Of a stretch of DNA of 64,000 bases, positions 8,079 through 15,962 are shown piece by piece; position 1 is the stretch's first letter; the number at the start of each line of letters is the position of its first letter. The position numbers and the translations under genes were made by a program. Below the pieces are notes generated by a model that saw nothing but the letters and a program-made list of their open reading frames with translations, searched no databases and was not told the origin of the DNA. The stretch is from a virus (Duplodnaviria > Caudoviricetes), in the IMG/VR virus record IMGVR_UViG_3300049486_000079, positions 1 to 64,000 of that record. One strand, 5' to 3'.

Positions 8079-8573
8079 CTAGGTCGTGTGTAGCGGCTCG
8101 GACTTCGCCAGAAGCAGAGTCTTCTCAAGCAATCCCACTACCTCAGACTTCCCCGTTTGAGGATCGTCGTTGAACTCCACAAGACTGGAAAAATGCCTCG
8201 GTTTACGCAAAACCACGCAAATAAGCTCCAGAGGCTGAACAGCCTCCTGCGAGAGCGTTTCGGCCAATAAAGCTCCCAAGAGGCACCACGAACTTGCGAG
8301 AGTCTCCCGAGGCATCTTCTCTACCCCGAAGGAATCGCACGCGAACTTGTGCTTCGTCCATCCTTGCTCTACACGACGCAACATCGACTCTAAAATCGTC
8401 ACGCAGTCGAGAACCTTAAGCCCACAATCAGCACAACGCCACAGAACATATGGAGCAGGAGGTTCCACAATAAGGGGGTGCTGGTGCTTCGTAAAAATCG
8501 CAGGGTTCCCAGGATTCCAAGGCGATGTTGAAGTACACAAAAACCGCTCTATAGGCACAACGACAATCCTCAT
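8079..8573 (-). CDS. DUF6197-like phage protein
   Basis: QGWTK...WCLLGAL...FNDDP pattern. Confidence 0.55.
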   Translation of the reverse strand: MRIVVVPIERFLCTSTSPWNPGNPAIFTKHQHPLIVEPPAPYVLWRCADCGLKVLDCVTILESMLRRVEQGWTKHKFACDSFGVEKMPRETLASSWCLLGALLAETLSQEAVQPLELICVVLRKPRHFSSLVEFNDDPQTGKSEVVGLLEKTLLLAKSEPLHTT

Positions 8574-8830
8574 TCGTCCTTTGAGTAGAGAAAGGCCTCT
8601 TTCCCCATCTCATAGGCCGAAAGTATCAAGTCGCTCAAGGCTTTTTGATAAAGACGAGCTTCGTGGTTACTGGTGAATTCCCTGGTTACCCCGCGAAAGG
8701 AGGTGTTCTCCGGACAATAAACCGAGACTCGGAAACGACTATCCGCCGCCACAGACTCGACCACAGCACGCATTCGTAGACCGGACATAAGACATCGTGT
8801 CGCCTGTTCTCCACAAGAAGTCAACGACAC
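8570..8830 (-). CDS. hypothetical protein
   Basis: GGGAG SD; ATGA overlap with the next gene. Confidence 0.55.
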   Translation of the reverse strand: MSLTSCGEQATRCLMSGLRMRAVVESVAADSRFRVSVYCPENTSFRGVTREFTSNHEARLYQKALSDLILSAYEMGKEAFLYSKDE

Positions 8831-8978
8831 TCTCCCTGATTCGTAGGTCTATATAGGGTAGGGCAAGCCTTTATGTTTTTTTCGCTCGACCTCGTACAAA
8901 GCACGTGCCTACAGTCTCCTACACAACCGAGTGGCTGACCCTTTCGTTTCAACAGCCAAGGTTTACTCTAAATAAGCT

Positions 8979-9521
8979 ATGACCAAAGACCCGAACGAGA
9001 CCACACCTGACAACGCCTCAGAGGAAACAGAAGACCTAGCAATACCAGTCGAACAGGACTTTGAGACAGAAATAGACGAAGAGAACGGCGAGGAAAAAGC
9101 CGAAGAAGAGCCCTCGAAGCCTACCGTATTTCTGTATGAGAAAGAGACAATGGAGCCCTTTCCGGAGGGGAACTGGATATGCAATATCCTCTACCCGGAA
9201 AAAGAAACACAAGAAGACGCTCTCTCGGATATCGGATACGATACTGTTTTCTTGCGCCTCGGCGCCCCAGGACGCTTTTACGTAGAAGTACGGACCACGT
9301 GGGCCCCTGAGGAGATCTATCCTGAATACCTCTGCCTGCTGAACAGCAGCACGCAGAGCCTGGTCACTGGCGAGCCTGACGTGTCGGTCGTGGCGATCTT
9401 CTGTAAATCGATACAGGACGCTTTGTCCTTTTTGAATACCGTCTCTCCTATCGTCCAAGCAGAAACCGTTACGGCCTTTTACAATCGAGCAGACGCGGGG
9501 ATTACTATGAAGCTGCGTTAG
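8979..9521 (+). CDS. hypothetical protein with acidic N-terminus
   Basis: 180-aa ORF upstream of ruvB. Confidence 0.7.
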   Translation: MTKDPNETTPDNASEETEDLAIPVEQDFETEIDEENGEEKAEEEPSKPTVFLYEKETMEPFPEGNWICNILYPEKETQEDALSDIGYDTVFLRLGAPGRFYVEVRTTWAPEEIYPEYLCLLNSSTQSLVTGEPDVSVVAIFCKSIQDALSFLNTVSPIVQAETVTAFYNRADAGITMKLR

Positions 9522-9665
9522 GTCGATTCTGAACGGACAGCTCAGGCCCTGCTCTGGGCTGTCCGCTCTTCTACACACGCCTTTGTGCGTAAAATCACGG
9601 ACCCGCTGGAGCCCCAAATGGAAACACTGCTTTTGAATAGCGAAAACCGCCCCATTTCGAGACCC

Positions 9666-9694
9666 TTGACTCCCGATGGGCGTGCCTTTAGAGC
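9666..9694 (+). promoter_or_regulatory. sigma70-type promoter for leaderless ruvB
   Basis: TTGACT-N17-TAGAGC; ATGs at 9699 and 9702. Confidence 0.6.
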
Positions 9695-9698
9695 TAAC

Positions 9699-10682
9699 AT
9701 GATGGACAAGATGGGAGGCGAGAAGGCGTTTGACAACGCGCTTCGCCCGAATAGCCTGAACGAGTACATCGGTCAGACCAAGCTCAAGGCAAACCTGGCC
9801 GATATGATCCAGTCCTCCCGCATCCGGGAGGCGGCAGTGGATCACGTTCTGCTCTCCGGCCCCCCGGGGCTCGGGAAGACCAGCATCGCAGCGGTCATCG
9901 CGTACGAGATGAAGACGAAGCTGCACCTCCTCACAGCTCCGGCTTTGTCCGGCGACAAGGGTCTGTCCGTGCTGGCGGCAACCTTCTCTCAAGTCGAGGA
10001 AGGGGATGTCGTGTTCATCGACGAGATCCACCGTCTGTCTAAGAAGCTCGAAGAGAGCCTCTACATGACCATGGAGGACAACCAATTCCCCTTCGTCTCT
10101 GGTAAGGGAAAGAACGCCTCGCTTAAGCATTTCCCCGTCGCCAAGCATACGCTCGTCGGAGCGACCACCTTGGCGCACGGGCTGACGCCGGCTCTTCGAG
10201 ACAGGTTCGGGTTTCACGCGAAACTCGATTTCTATGAGACCGCCGAGCTGCAACAGATCATTCAGAGGAGTGCGAAAATTCTGAACGTACACCTCGACAA
10301 GGCGGCGTCGCTGGAGGTGGCCAAGCGATCCCGGGGCACGCCCCGGATCGCAAACCAGTTGACCAAGCGTCTGCGAGACTACTCACTCTCGCGCTCGAAG
10401 GATCTGACTGCTCCTGTCGTCAAGCAAGCGCTGACGGAGATGGGCGTCGATGACATCGGGCTGAATGATCTCGACCGCAAGGTGATGGAGATCATCCTCA
10501 GCAAGTTCGACGGCGGACCGGTGGGGGTAAACACGCTGGCGGCTGCGGTAGGGGAGGCGGAACAAACGATCGTCGATATCGTCGAGCCTTACCTTATCCG
10601 CAACGGTTTCCTCGATCGAAGCCCTCGGGGGCGCGTGCTTACGCCACGAGGCGCCAAGCATCTCGCAGTGACTACTCACTGA
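9699..10682 (+). CDS. ruvB: Holliday junction branch-migration ATPase RuvB
   Basis: LRP..L.EYIGQ, GPPGLGKT, FIDEIHRL, GATT, LRDRFG, SRGTPRIAN, EPYL..RSPRGR; start 9699 or 9702. Confidence 0.97.
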   Translation: MMDKMGGEKAFDNALRPNSLNEYIGQTKLKANLADMIQSSRIREAAVDHVLLSGPPGLGKTSIAAVIAYEMKTKLHLLTAPALSGDKGLSVLAATFSQVEEGDVVFIDEIHRLSKKLEESLYMTMEDNQFPFVSGKGKNASLKHFPVAKHTLVGATTLAHGLTPALRDRFGFHAKLDFYETAELQQIIQRSAKILNVHLDKAASLEVAKRSRGTPRIANQLTKRLRDYSLSRSKDLTAPVVKQALTEMGVDDIGLNDLDRKVMEIILSKFDGGPVGVNTLAAAVGEAEQTIVDIVEPYLIRNGFLDRSPRGRVLTPRGAKHLAVTTH

Positions 10683-10864
10683 CGTGTTTATTCCCAATAA
10701 AGAAGCAACGGCTGCGCGACGCCAGAAAGAAAGTACGCGACTGAACCACGTCGATTGGAAGCCTGCTAGGACGTAAAGAAGATCTTTATTCGTAATAAAA
10801 TCTTCTGGCCTTTTAGCGGAAGGCATGCCTCCGGGCAGATAAAACCCTAACAAACAAACACGCC
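10681..10864 (-). ncRNA. putative ~185-nt multi-branched RNA
   Basis: 13-bp closing stem GGCGUGUUUGUUU/GAAUAAACACGUC (G-U pairs work on the minus strand only) enclosing 4-6 hairpins, e.g. 10777-10806. Confidence 0.55.
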
Positions 10865-10873
10865 TGGGGTGGA

Positions 10874-10902
10874 TTGACTTCTGCCCTGTCCGCTTATACG
10901 AG
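10874..10902 (+). promoter_or_regulatory. sigma70-type promoter, leaderless
   Basis: TTGACT-N17-TACGAG, ATG at 10910; shares TTGACTTCTGCCC with the thyA promoter. Confidence 0.55.
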
Positions 10903-10909
10903 CTTGACC

Positions 10910-11341
10910 ATGAACCAAGCTGCGGATAACAAACTGAAATCAGATCTACAACGAGAGAGGCGAGAAAGCCTTCTCGAAGAATCTCTCCAAGAAAAGTTCC
11001 TGGAAGCGTTTGACCTTCTCAGCGCTGAGATCGTCGCTTTCGGGTTCGACGTCGGCGATAACCGCAAGGCGTACACACATGCGTGCCGGAATTTCGCGAA
11101 GTGGCTCGGTACCAAGAGGGGCCAAGACTACCTGGCAGATGTGATGCTCTCCCCTGAGGTCGGACTCATGCCTCCCCTGAGGGAGCCAGGTAAGAAAAAG
11201 AGCGCCAATGTGGAAAAAGAAAGCGCTAAAAAAAGCGCGAAACGGTCTTCCGCAAAAAAGACACTCCGGTATAGTGCCCAGAAACATGGCCCGGCCTCGA
11301 AGAAGACTTCTCGAAAGAAGTCAAAGCCTGCAAAACGCTGA
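10910..11341 (+). CDS. hypothetical protein with Lys/Ser-rich (histone H1-like) tail
   Basis: KKSAKRSSAKK...KKTSRKKSKPAKR. Confidence 0.65.
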   Translation: MNQAADNKLKSDLQRERRESLLEESLQEKFLEAFDLLSAEIVAFGFDVGDNRKAYTHACRNFAKWLGTKRGQDYLADVMLSPEVGLMPPLREPGKKKSANVEKESAKKSAKRSSAKKTLRYSAQKHGPASKKTSRKKSKPAKR

Positions 11342-11687
11342 GAGCTGGCGGAACCTCGCCTGTCTGCTGTACGGGCAGTCCCTTTGGACGCCTCTTGTCG
11401 ATCCCAGAACATCGCCCGGGAGACCTCCTAGCTTGCTGAGCTGGCGCGACTTGGACGAGGTGAGGTGTACCTTGAGCCGAGCCCTTTGGGCCGCCGAGAG
11501 TGAGGCCTCCCGGTGGAGGCGTGCCTTTGAAGAAGGTCTCGGTCTCCCTAGCGACCCCGTCAAGCACACCCCTGACTGGTGTCGAAATGCCCTTGTCAAT
11601 CTACAGAAGTGTGCTATGAGGCCGGCAGATGTCCCCTCGAAAGAGAACTTCTTTGACGCAACACCTCATCTTAGCGACATTGCGTAA
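11208..11687 (+). CDS. hypothetical protein (true start probably further downstream)
   Basis: 3' part fills the gap between neighbouring plus-strand genes. Confidence 0.4.
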   Translation: MWKKKALKKARNGLPQKRHSGIVPRNMARPRRRLLERSQSLQNAESWRNLACLLYGQSLWTPLVDPRTSPGRPPSLLSWRDLDEVRCTLSRALWAAESEASRWRRAFEEGLGLPSDPVKHTPDWCRNALVNLQKCAMRPADVPSKENFFDATPHLSDIA

Positions 11688-11859
11688 GGGGGGCACAATC
11701 AAAGAAATAGGTAAAAACAAACATGGCCTCATCGCGTCCAACGGGCGCCTAGAACAAATCGTCACCGACAGCACACTCAAAGCACTCTGTGAGAAAGAAG
11801 GCGTTAGGTGGTGCGAGCAGTCCCGATCGTTCGTCCTTCTGCCAAAAAACACACTATGA
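11629..11859 (+). CDS. hypothetical protein
   Basis: ATGA overlap with the next ORF. Confidence 0.45.
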   Translation: MSPRKRTSLTQHLILATLRKGGTIKEIGKNKHGLIASNGRLEQIVTDSTLKALCEKEGVRWCEQSRSFVLLPKNTL

Positions 11860-12041
11860 ACTCAAATAAAACAGAAGAAAAACAAACAGAAGCTGAGGCG
11901 ATTCTACGTAAAATCGATTCCCTAGCTCGACAGATCAAAGAGCTAGGCAACCGCTACAGTCAGATCCAAGAGGAGATCCAAAAAGACGTCTTCACGGTCC
12001 TTCAATTGGAGGAGGAAGAAGGACCACGCGGTCCCCACTGA
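11856..12041 (+). CDS. small coiled-coil protein
   Basis: MNSNKTEEK... heptad pattern. Confidence 0.55.
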   Translation: MNSNKTEEKQTEAEAILRKIDSLARQIKELGNRYSQIQEEIQKDVFTVLQLEEEEGPRGPH

Positions 12042-12502
12042 TACCGCCCTCGACGGTAAAGCCAGGGTGCAATAGGAGTCTCATTGCTCTGCCATAGGCC
12101 TCTCTTAGAGAGCCGGGCTTTGCGCTGAGACTCCTCCCACTCGATTCCTCCTGAGTAGGCGTCGTAGCTCCATGCATACCCCTCATCGACCATCTGACGA
12201 TTTATCGAGGGGGTCTTCCCTGGAAGATAGATTTCAGCAAGAATGCGCGCGTAACGGTCTCGCTTGAACGCGCGAACTTCGACCTCTTTGCCCATGATCT
12301 TATCCACAAGCACTGACCGCGACGCCAGACCAAAGGTCTGGTACTTTTCAGGAGCGTCGATGTACATCAGGCGAACCCGTTCCTTTTTACTATTTCTAAT
12401 AACCTCCACTGTATCCCCGTCTATCACCACTACGACTTTCGCGGTAAAGACATCCGGAGGGACAGCACAAATCCAAGCTGCTACAAGCGCAGATAGAATC
12501 AT
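12002..12502 (-). CDS. thermonuclease (SNase-family) with N-terminal hydrophobic signal
   Basis: VIDGDT, VRLMYIDAPE, DRYARILA, MVDEGYAW, KRGLW; start MILSALVAAW at 12502. Confidence 0.93.
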   Translation of the reverse strand: MILSALVAAWICAVPPDVFTAKVVVVIDGDTVEVIRNSKKERVRLMYIDAPEKYQTFGLASRSVLVDKIMGKEVEVRAFKRDRYARILAEIYLPGKTPSINRQMVDEGYAWSYDAYSGGIEWEESQRKARLSKRGLWQSNETPIAPWLYRRGRYQWGPRGPSSSSN

Positions 12503-12556
12503 GGCTATATAATACACAACATCTTTGTAAGTCTTGAAGGTAAAATGTAACCGTAA

Positions 12557-12750
12557 GCGTAGGTGGCCGAGAGGAAAGGCACAGTAAAACGGACACTGTT
12601 GTACGCCTCGAAAGAGGTGGTCAGCGGGTTGCGGATGCACCTAGCAGCGCTGGAGGGCTGAAACGTCCCCAGGTTCGCGCAATGCCACTGCGGGGAAGCG
12701 CGTTTACCGTCGACCTGAAAGTCACGCGGGTTCAATTCCCGCCCTACGCA
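12557..12750 (+). ncRNA. tRNA-like RNA: class II tRNA body with the anticodon loop replaced by a ~110-nt four-hairpin domain
   Basis: Acceptor GCGUAGG/CCUACGC plus A73; U8; D arm GCC-GAGAGGAAA-GGC; variable arm GAC-CUGAAA-GUC; T arm GCGGG-UUCAAUU-CCCGC. Confidence 0.8.
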
Positions 12751-12753
12751 TCA

Positions 12754-13098
12754 ATGGCCCCCTTGTCTCAAAATCAGGATGAACACATCTTTGCCACAAA
12801 GGTCGACTTCACTGGCTACTTCACCGCAATAAGGAACAAGAAAATATGCACGGTGTCGATCAGAGAGACTGACTATATAATCATCAGTGCTCAAAAAGAA
12901 ACGCTTCTCAAGCTTTCCCAGTTTTATCAACTTGGATGGGAGGAGACGAACATATTGCCCATACGAGACGGCAAGGTGTTCCTACGGGAGTGCATGAAGC
13001 TCAGCCGTGTCGCATTCGATCCCGTGGTCACCGACAAGGGCCTCGTCTCGTTCAACGAGGTGCTGCCTACCCTCCCTCGACCTGCCGGTATCAATTGA
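12754..13098 (+). CDS. hypothetical protein
   Basis: MAPLSQNQ... ATG 3 nt after the tRNA-like RNA. Confidence 0.6.
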   Translation: MAPLSQNQDEHIFATKVDFTGYFTAIRNKKICTVSIRETDYIIISAQKETLLKLSQFYQLGWEETNILPIRDGKVFLRECMKLSRVAFDPVVTDKGLVSFNEVLPTLPRPAGIN

Positions 13099-13468
13099 AT
13101 TTGCGGGTATCAAGGGGGCCCGAGGAGATGGGCAGCCCTTCCTGCACGAGCCGGGTAAGCAGAGGCGCTAGGAAGCGGCTGCTCCTCCCTGAATCCCAGA
13201 ACTGATGCAGCTCCTCATCGGAGATCTTCTCCGAGATCCACTCGTCACAGAGAGACGTCCACAAACGCTCGATCTCCTCTTCCGAGGCTACGTAACGACC
13301 TACACAAACAGAGAATGACTTCTTAGGGTGCTGTACTACCAGAGAAACTTTACAATCCGAAGCACTATAACTGAAATAAAGCCAATCGGACTTGTAGCCC
13401 ATTCTTCTGAATGTATTCCAGAGCCCAAGCGTGTCCGCCAATACGTCGGGGTAATCACTAAGAGGCAT
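13091..13468 (-). CDS. hypothetical protein
   Basis: 125-aa ORF overlapping the upstream stop. Confidence 0.65.
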   Translation of the reverse strand: MPLSDYPDVLADTLGLWNTFRRMGYKSDWLYFSYSASDCKVSLVVQHPKKSFSVCVGRYVASEEEIERLWTSLCDEWISEKISDEELHQFWDSGRSSRFLAPLLTRLVQEGLPISSGPLDTRKFN

Positions 13469-14039
13469 CGCTCTTGTTATCCGACACAGGACTGCGCCTG
13501 TCTAGCATATCCAGCACAAGAGCCTTGAGATCGAGAAAAACACCGATACGGGAGTCTGACTTCGCTTCGATATCGGGAAGCTCTCGGGCGACGGCTTTCC
13601 AAACAGTCCCGTCCGTGCTGATATCTACCGTATAGGAGTTACCTGCGATATCTGCAATCTGTACGAATGTCTCGGGAACATAAGGCCCGACTGTAGCAGC
13701 GGGAACTGGGCTTTCTTCAGGAAGAGGTTCCATGTCCGCCTCTAAACGTGCTCCCTGGACTGCGAGCGAAAGCCATAAGAGAATCTCGGATTGAACTTTA
13801 GGAGAAGGCCGTTGAGATCCCGAAATCCAATTCCTAACCGTACTAGGTGAAACACCGAACTCCACACAGGCGTTGTGATGATTGAGGAGGTTCAACTCGT
13901 CTGCTCTCTGGAGCAGACGATGAAACGCGGCGCCGTCTACGCGGTTCCACTTCTGGATCGCATCGAGTAAAGCGTCCGTCGGAGACAGCATCACAGCGCG
14001 TTCGGACGAACGATCCGCTGTATCGTTTGACTTCCACAT
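13458..14039 (-). CDS. HTH protein with C-terminal HicB-like domain
   Basis: ACVEFGVSPSTVRNWISGSQRPS (XRE-type HTH); YTVDIS..GTVWKAVARELPDIEAKSDS. Confidence 0.6.
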   Translation of the reverse strand: MWKSNDTADRSSERAVMLSPTDALLDAIQKWNRVDGAAFHRLLQRADELNLLNHHNACVEFGVSPSTVRNWISGSQRPSPKVQSEILLWLSLAVQGARLEADMEPLPEESPVPAATVGPYVPETFVQIADIAGNSYTVDISTDGTVWKAVARELPDIEAKSDSRIGVFLDLKALVLDMLDRRSPVSDNKSDAS

Positions 14040-14100
14040 GGGAAGTCAACCTCTGTCCTGGGTAGGGAAATGTCAATAAGAATGAAGCAAGAGGGTTTGA

Positions 14101-14370
14101 CTAGAAATAGACGAGTTTCGTGACATACAAAAGAACTCCTGCCGAAAACAAGACAACGCCTCCCGCAAAGAAGCGCTGGAGCTTCCGGGCACAAGTAGTT
14201 TGATCCAAGGCAATCAGGCAGCGACGCTCGCGAATGCGGCGGTTATAGCGGCGTAGAACGTCCTCCGAGGTTGGATCCAGGGGACGCCCGTAGGCTTCGG
14301 TGTTGACTTCGCGGTACGAAGAAAACCGGCTCATTTCGGCGCAAATAACACGAGCCAGGACGGCTGTCAA
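14101..14370 (-). CDS. hypothetical protein with C-terminal TM
   Basis: FFAGGVVLFSAGVLLYV. Confidence 0.5.
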   Translation of the reverse strand: MTAVLARVICAEMSRFSSYREVNTEAYGRPLDPTSEDVLRRYNRRIRERRCLIALDQTTCARKLQRFFAGGVVLFSAGVLLYVTKLVYF

Positions 14371-14389
14371 TACAGCCGGGTTTACTTCC

Positions 14390-14611
14390 TCAGGACTTTG
14401 AAGAATCTTTCATATCCTTCAGGAAATCTTCGGGGCGGGAATCGTCTAAAAAGACGGTAGGCCTGAGGACAGCCACAGGCTTTTTGCACTGGGTGAACAC
14501 CAGGAGTGTCATCCCGAAGTCAAGATGTGCAACGTAAAAAGGATGGCCTTTCTTGTCGGTACGACGTTGTAAAGGCACCCGAAACTGAGAGGGCTTATTA
14601 AGAATAGACAC
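14390..14611 (-). CDS. hypothetical protein
   Basis: 73-aa ORF in the operon direction. Confidence 0.55.
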   Translation of the reverse strand: MSILNKPSQFRVPLQRRTDKKGHPFYVAHLDFGMTLLVFTQCKKPVAVLRPTVFLDDSRPEDFLKDMKDSSKS

Positions 14612-14641
14612 ACAAAACCTCTAAGACTTGATAAAAACGTG

Positions 14642-15196
14642 TCAATGCAAATTGGCCGGCCCACGCCCCCGGGTCTTAAGCCCGTACTTGACGAGATCTT
14701 CGACAAACGCACTCAAACCGAGAGCCTTTACTGCATCCAGCGCTATAACACGAGCCTCTGACTTCTTATACCCTAGACTCATCAGGGCTTCCATGACCTC
14801 TTGAATCGTTTCTTTTGTGAGATCCGACTGATCACGTACGACCTTCTGCGCCTTGCCTCTCAACCGCGCCTTCGGCGTCAGCAAGACCTCCGAACTCGGG
14901 CTCAGATCGTGACTCTCGTCGCCAGAATCATGGTCCGTACTGTCCTCTGACGGTTCCTCCTCGTATTCCGAAGGCTCTTCCTCAGACTCCTCGACTTGAA
15001 CCTGCCGGCGATTAGAATCGGCCTGGCGAACACGGCTCTTAGCGGGTCGAACAGGAGCCTTTTTCTCCTCCAGCTCTGTCCTCAGATTGAACTTTTCCGG
15101 GACCGGATTCTGGTACGCATCGACCATGGCTTCCGCTATTGATTTCAGCAACGACCACATGCTCTGAGGGTAAGGCACGCCTAAGAGACGAGTCAA
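14642..15196 (-). CDS. protein with RuvA C-terminal (domain III) only
   Basis: EVMEALMSLGYKKSEARV...VEDLVKYGLK matches RuvA domain III; no OB or HhH domains; acidic linker. Confidence 0.75.
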   Translation of the reverse strand: MTRLLGVPYPQSMWSLLKSIAEAMVDAYQNPVPEKFNLRTELEEKKAPVRPAKSRVRQADSNRRQVQVEESEEEPSEYEEEPSEDSTDHDSGDESHDLSPSSEVLLTPKARLRGKAQKVVRDQSDLTKETIQEVMEALMSLGYKKSEARVIALDAVKALGLSAFVEDLVKYGLKTRGRGPANLH

Positions 15197-15208
15197 CCTG
15201 GGACCAAG

Positions 15209-15424
15209 TCACACCTTGGGCTCGGTCTTCCACGATCGATAATGGAGCAGCGCATTTATCGTCGTCGCGTGTACTCCTAAGACCCGACCCAGCTCACGTT
15301 GTGTGCGTTGTCCAGTCTCGTATTGAGTCCGCGCCCACTTCACCAGTTCCCAATTGAGAACCGCACGTCCATGGGATTCGCCCTTGGAACGACCCTTAGC
15401 GCCGATCTCTCGTGCCCGTCGCAC
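15209..15424 (-). CDS. small HTH protein resembling the C-terminal DNA-binding part of phage HNH endonucleases
   Basis: GESHGRAVL...TQRELGRVLGVHATTINALLHYRSWK. Confidence 0.65.
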   Translation of the reverse strand: MRRAREIGAKGRSKGESHGRAVLNWELVKWARTQYETGQRTQRELGRVLGVHATTINALLHYRSWKTEPKV

Positions 15425-15946
15425 CTACCGTGCCGCCTTTTCCCCCAAAGCAAGTCCCGCTGCCACAACCGAGGCACCCAGCAAAAACCCACAAAAGCCC
15501 CCGATTGCGAGGCTGTGCCTCTCGACCCAAGACCGCTCCGCTCTCTCTTCTGCCGCCTTTTTTGCCTCGGTCAGATCTAAGAGCATCCTCTCGTACGCCT
15601 CGCGATGCAGAGCCATTAAACTCCGATCGGTCTCCGCTCTCGCACGAAGCTCGACATAACGAAGCCGCACCAAACCGTCTCTCCAAGCCCTCTCTTCCGA
15701 TAAGAGCATGCCTGAGTCCGGTGCGGGCTCCCCTTGTTCTAGGGGCTCGACCCAGTCTCCTGAGGTCAACTCCAAAGGGACAGGTTCAATAAGCGCATTT
15801 GGAGGCAACTCCTCTTTCTCGAAATGCTTCGTATTCGCAATAAAGGCATTCGAGCTGAAAGGCTGGACTGCCTGCGCGGGGTTAACACAGGCAATCCAGC
15901 AGTGCGCGAACATAGGAACAAACAGGTAAGAAGAGAACGTGCGCAT
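15425..15946 (-). CDS. membrane protein, possible unimolecular spanin
   Basis: N-terminal hydrophobic segment ending in Cys, coiled coil, C-terminal TM. Confidence 0.45.
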   Translation of the reverse strand: MRTFSSYLFVPMFAHCWIACVNPAQAVQPFSSNAFIANTKHFEKEELPPNALIEPVPLELTSGDWVEPLEQGEPAPDSGMLLSEERAWRDGLVRLRYVELRARAETDRSLMALHREAYERMLLDLTEAKKAAEERAERSWVERHSLAIGGFCGFLLGASVVAAGLALGEKAAR

Positions 15947-15962
15947 AGAAAAAACAGATACT

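Noticed and set aside
9036-10853. Long minus-strand ORFs 9036..10292 and 10383..10853
   Set aside because: Antisense shadows of ruvB and its upstream gene; no recognisable protein features.
12557-12750. tmRNA or intron-containing tRNA
   Set aside because: No G3-U70, an intact D stem, much shorter than tmRNA and no evident tag frame. The insert is too short for a group I intron, I see no group I core motifs, and its removal cannot give a YU-NNN-R loop.
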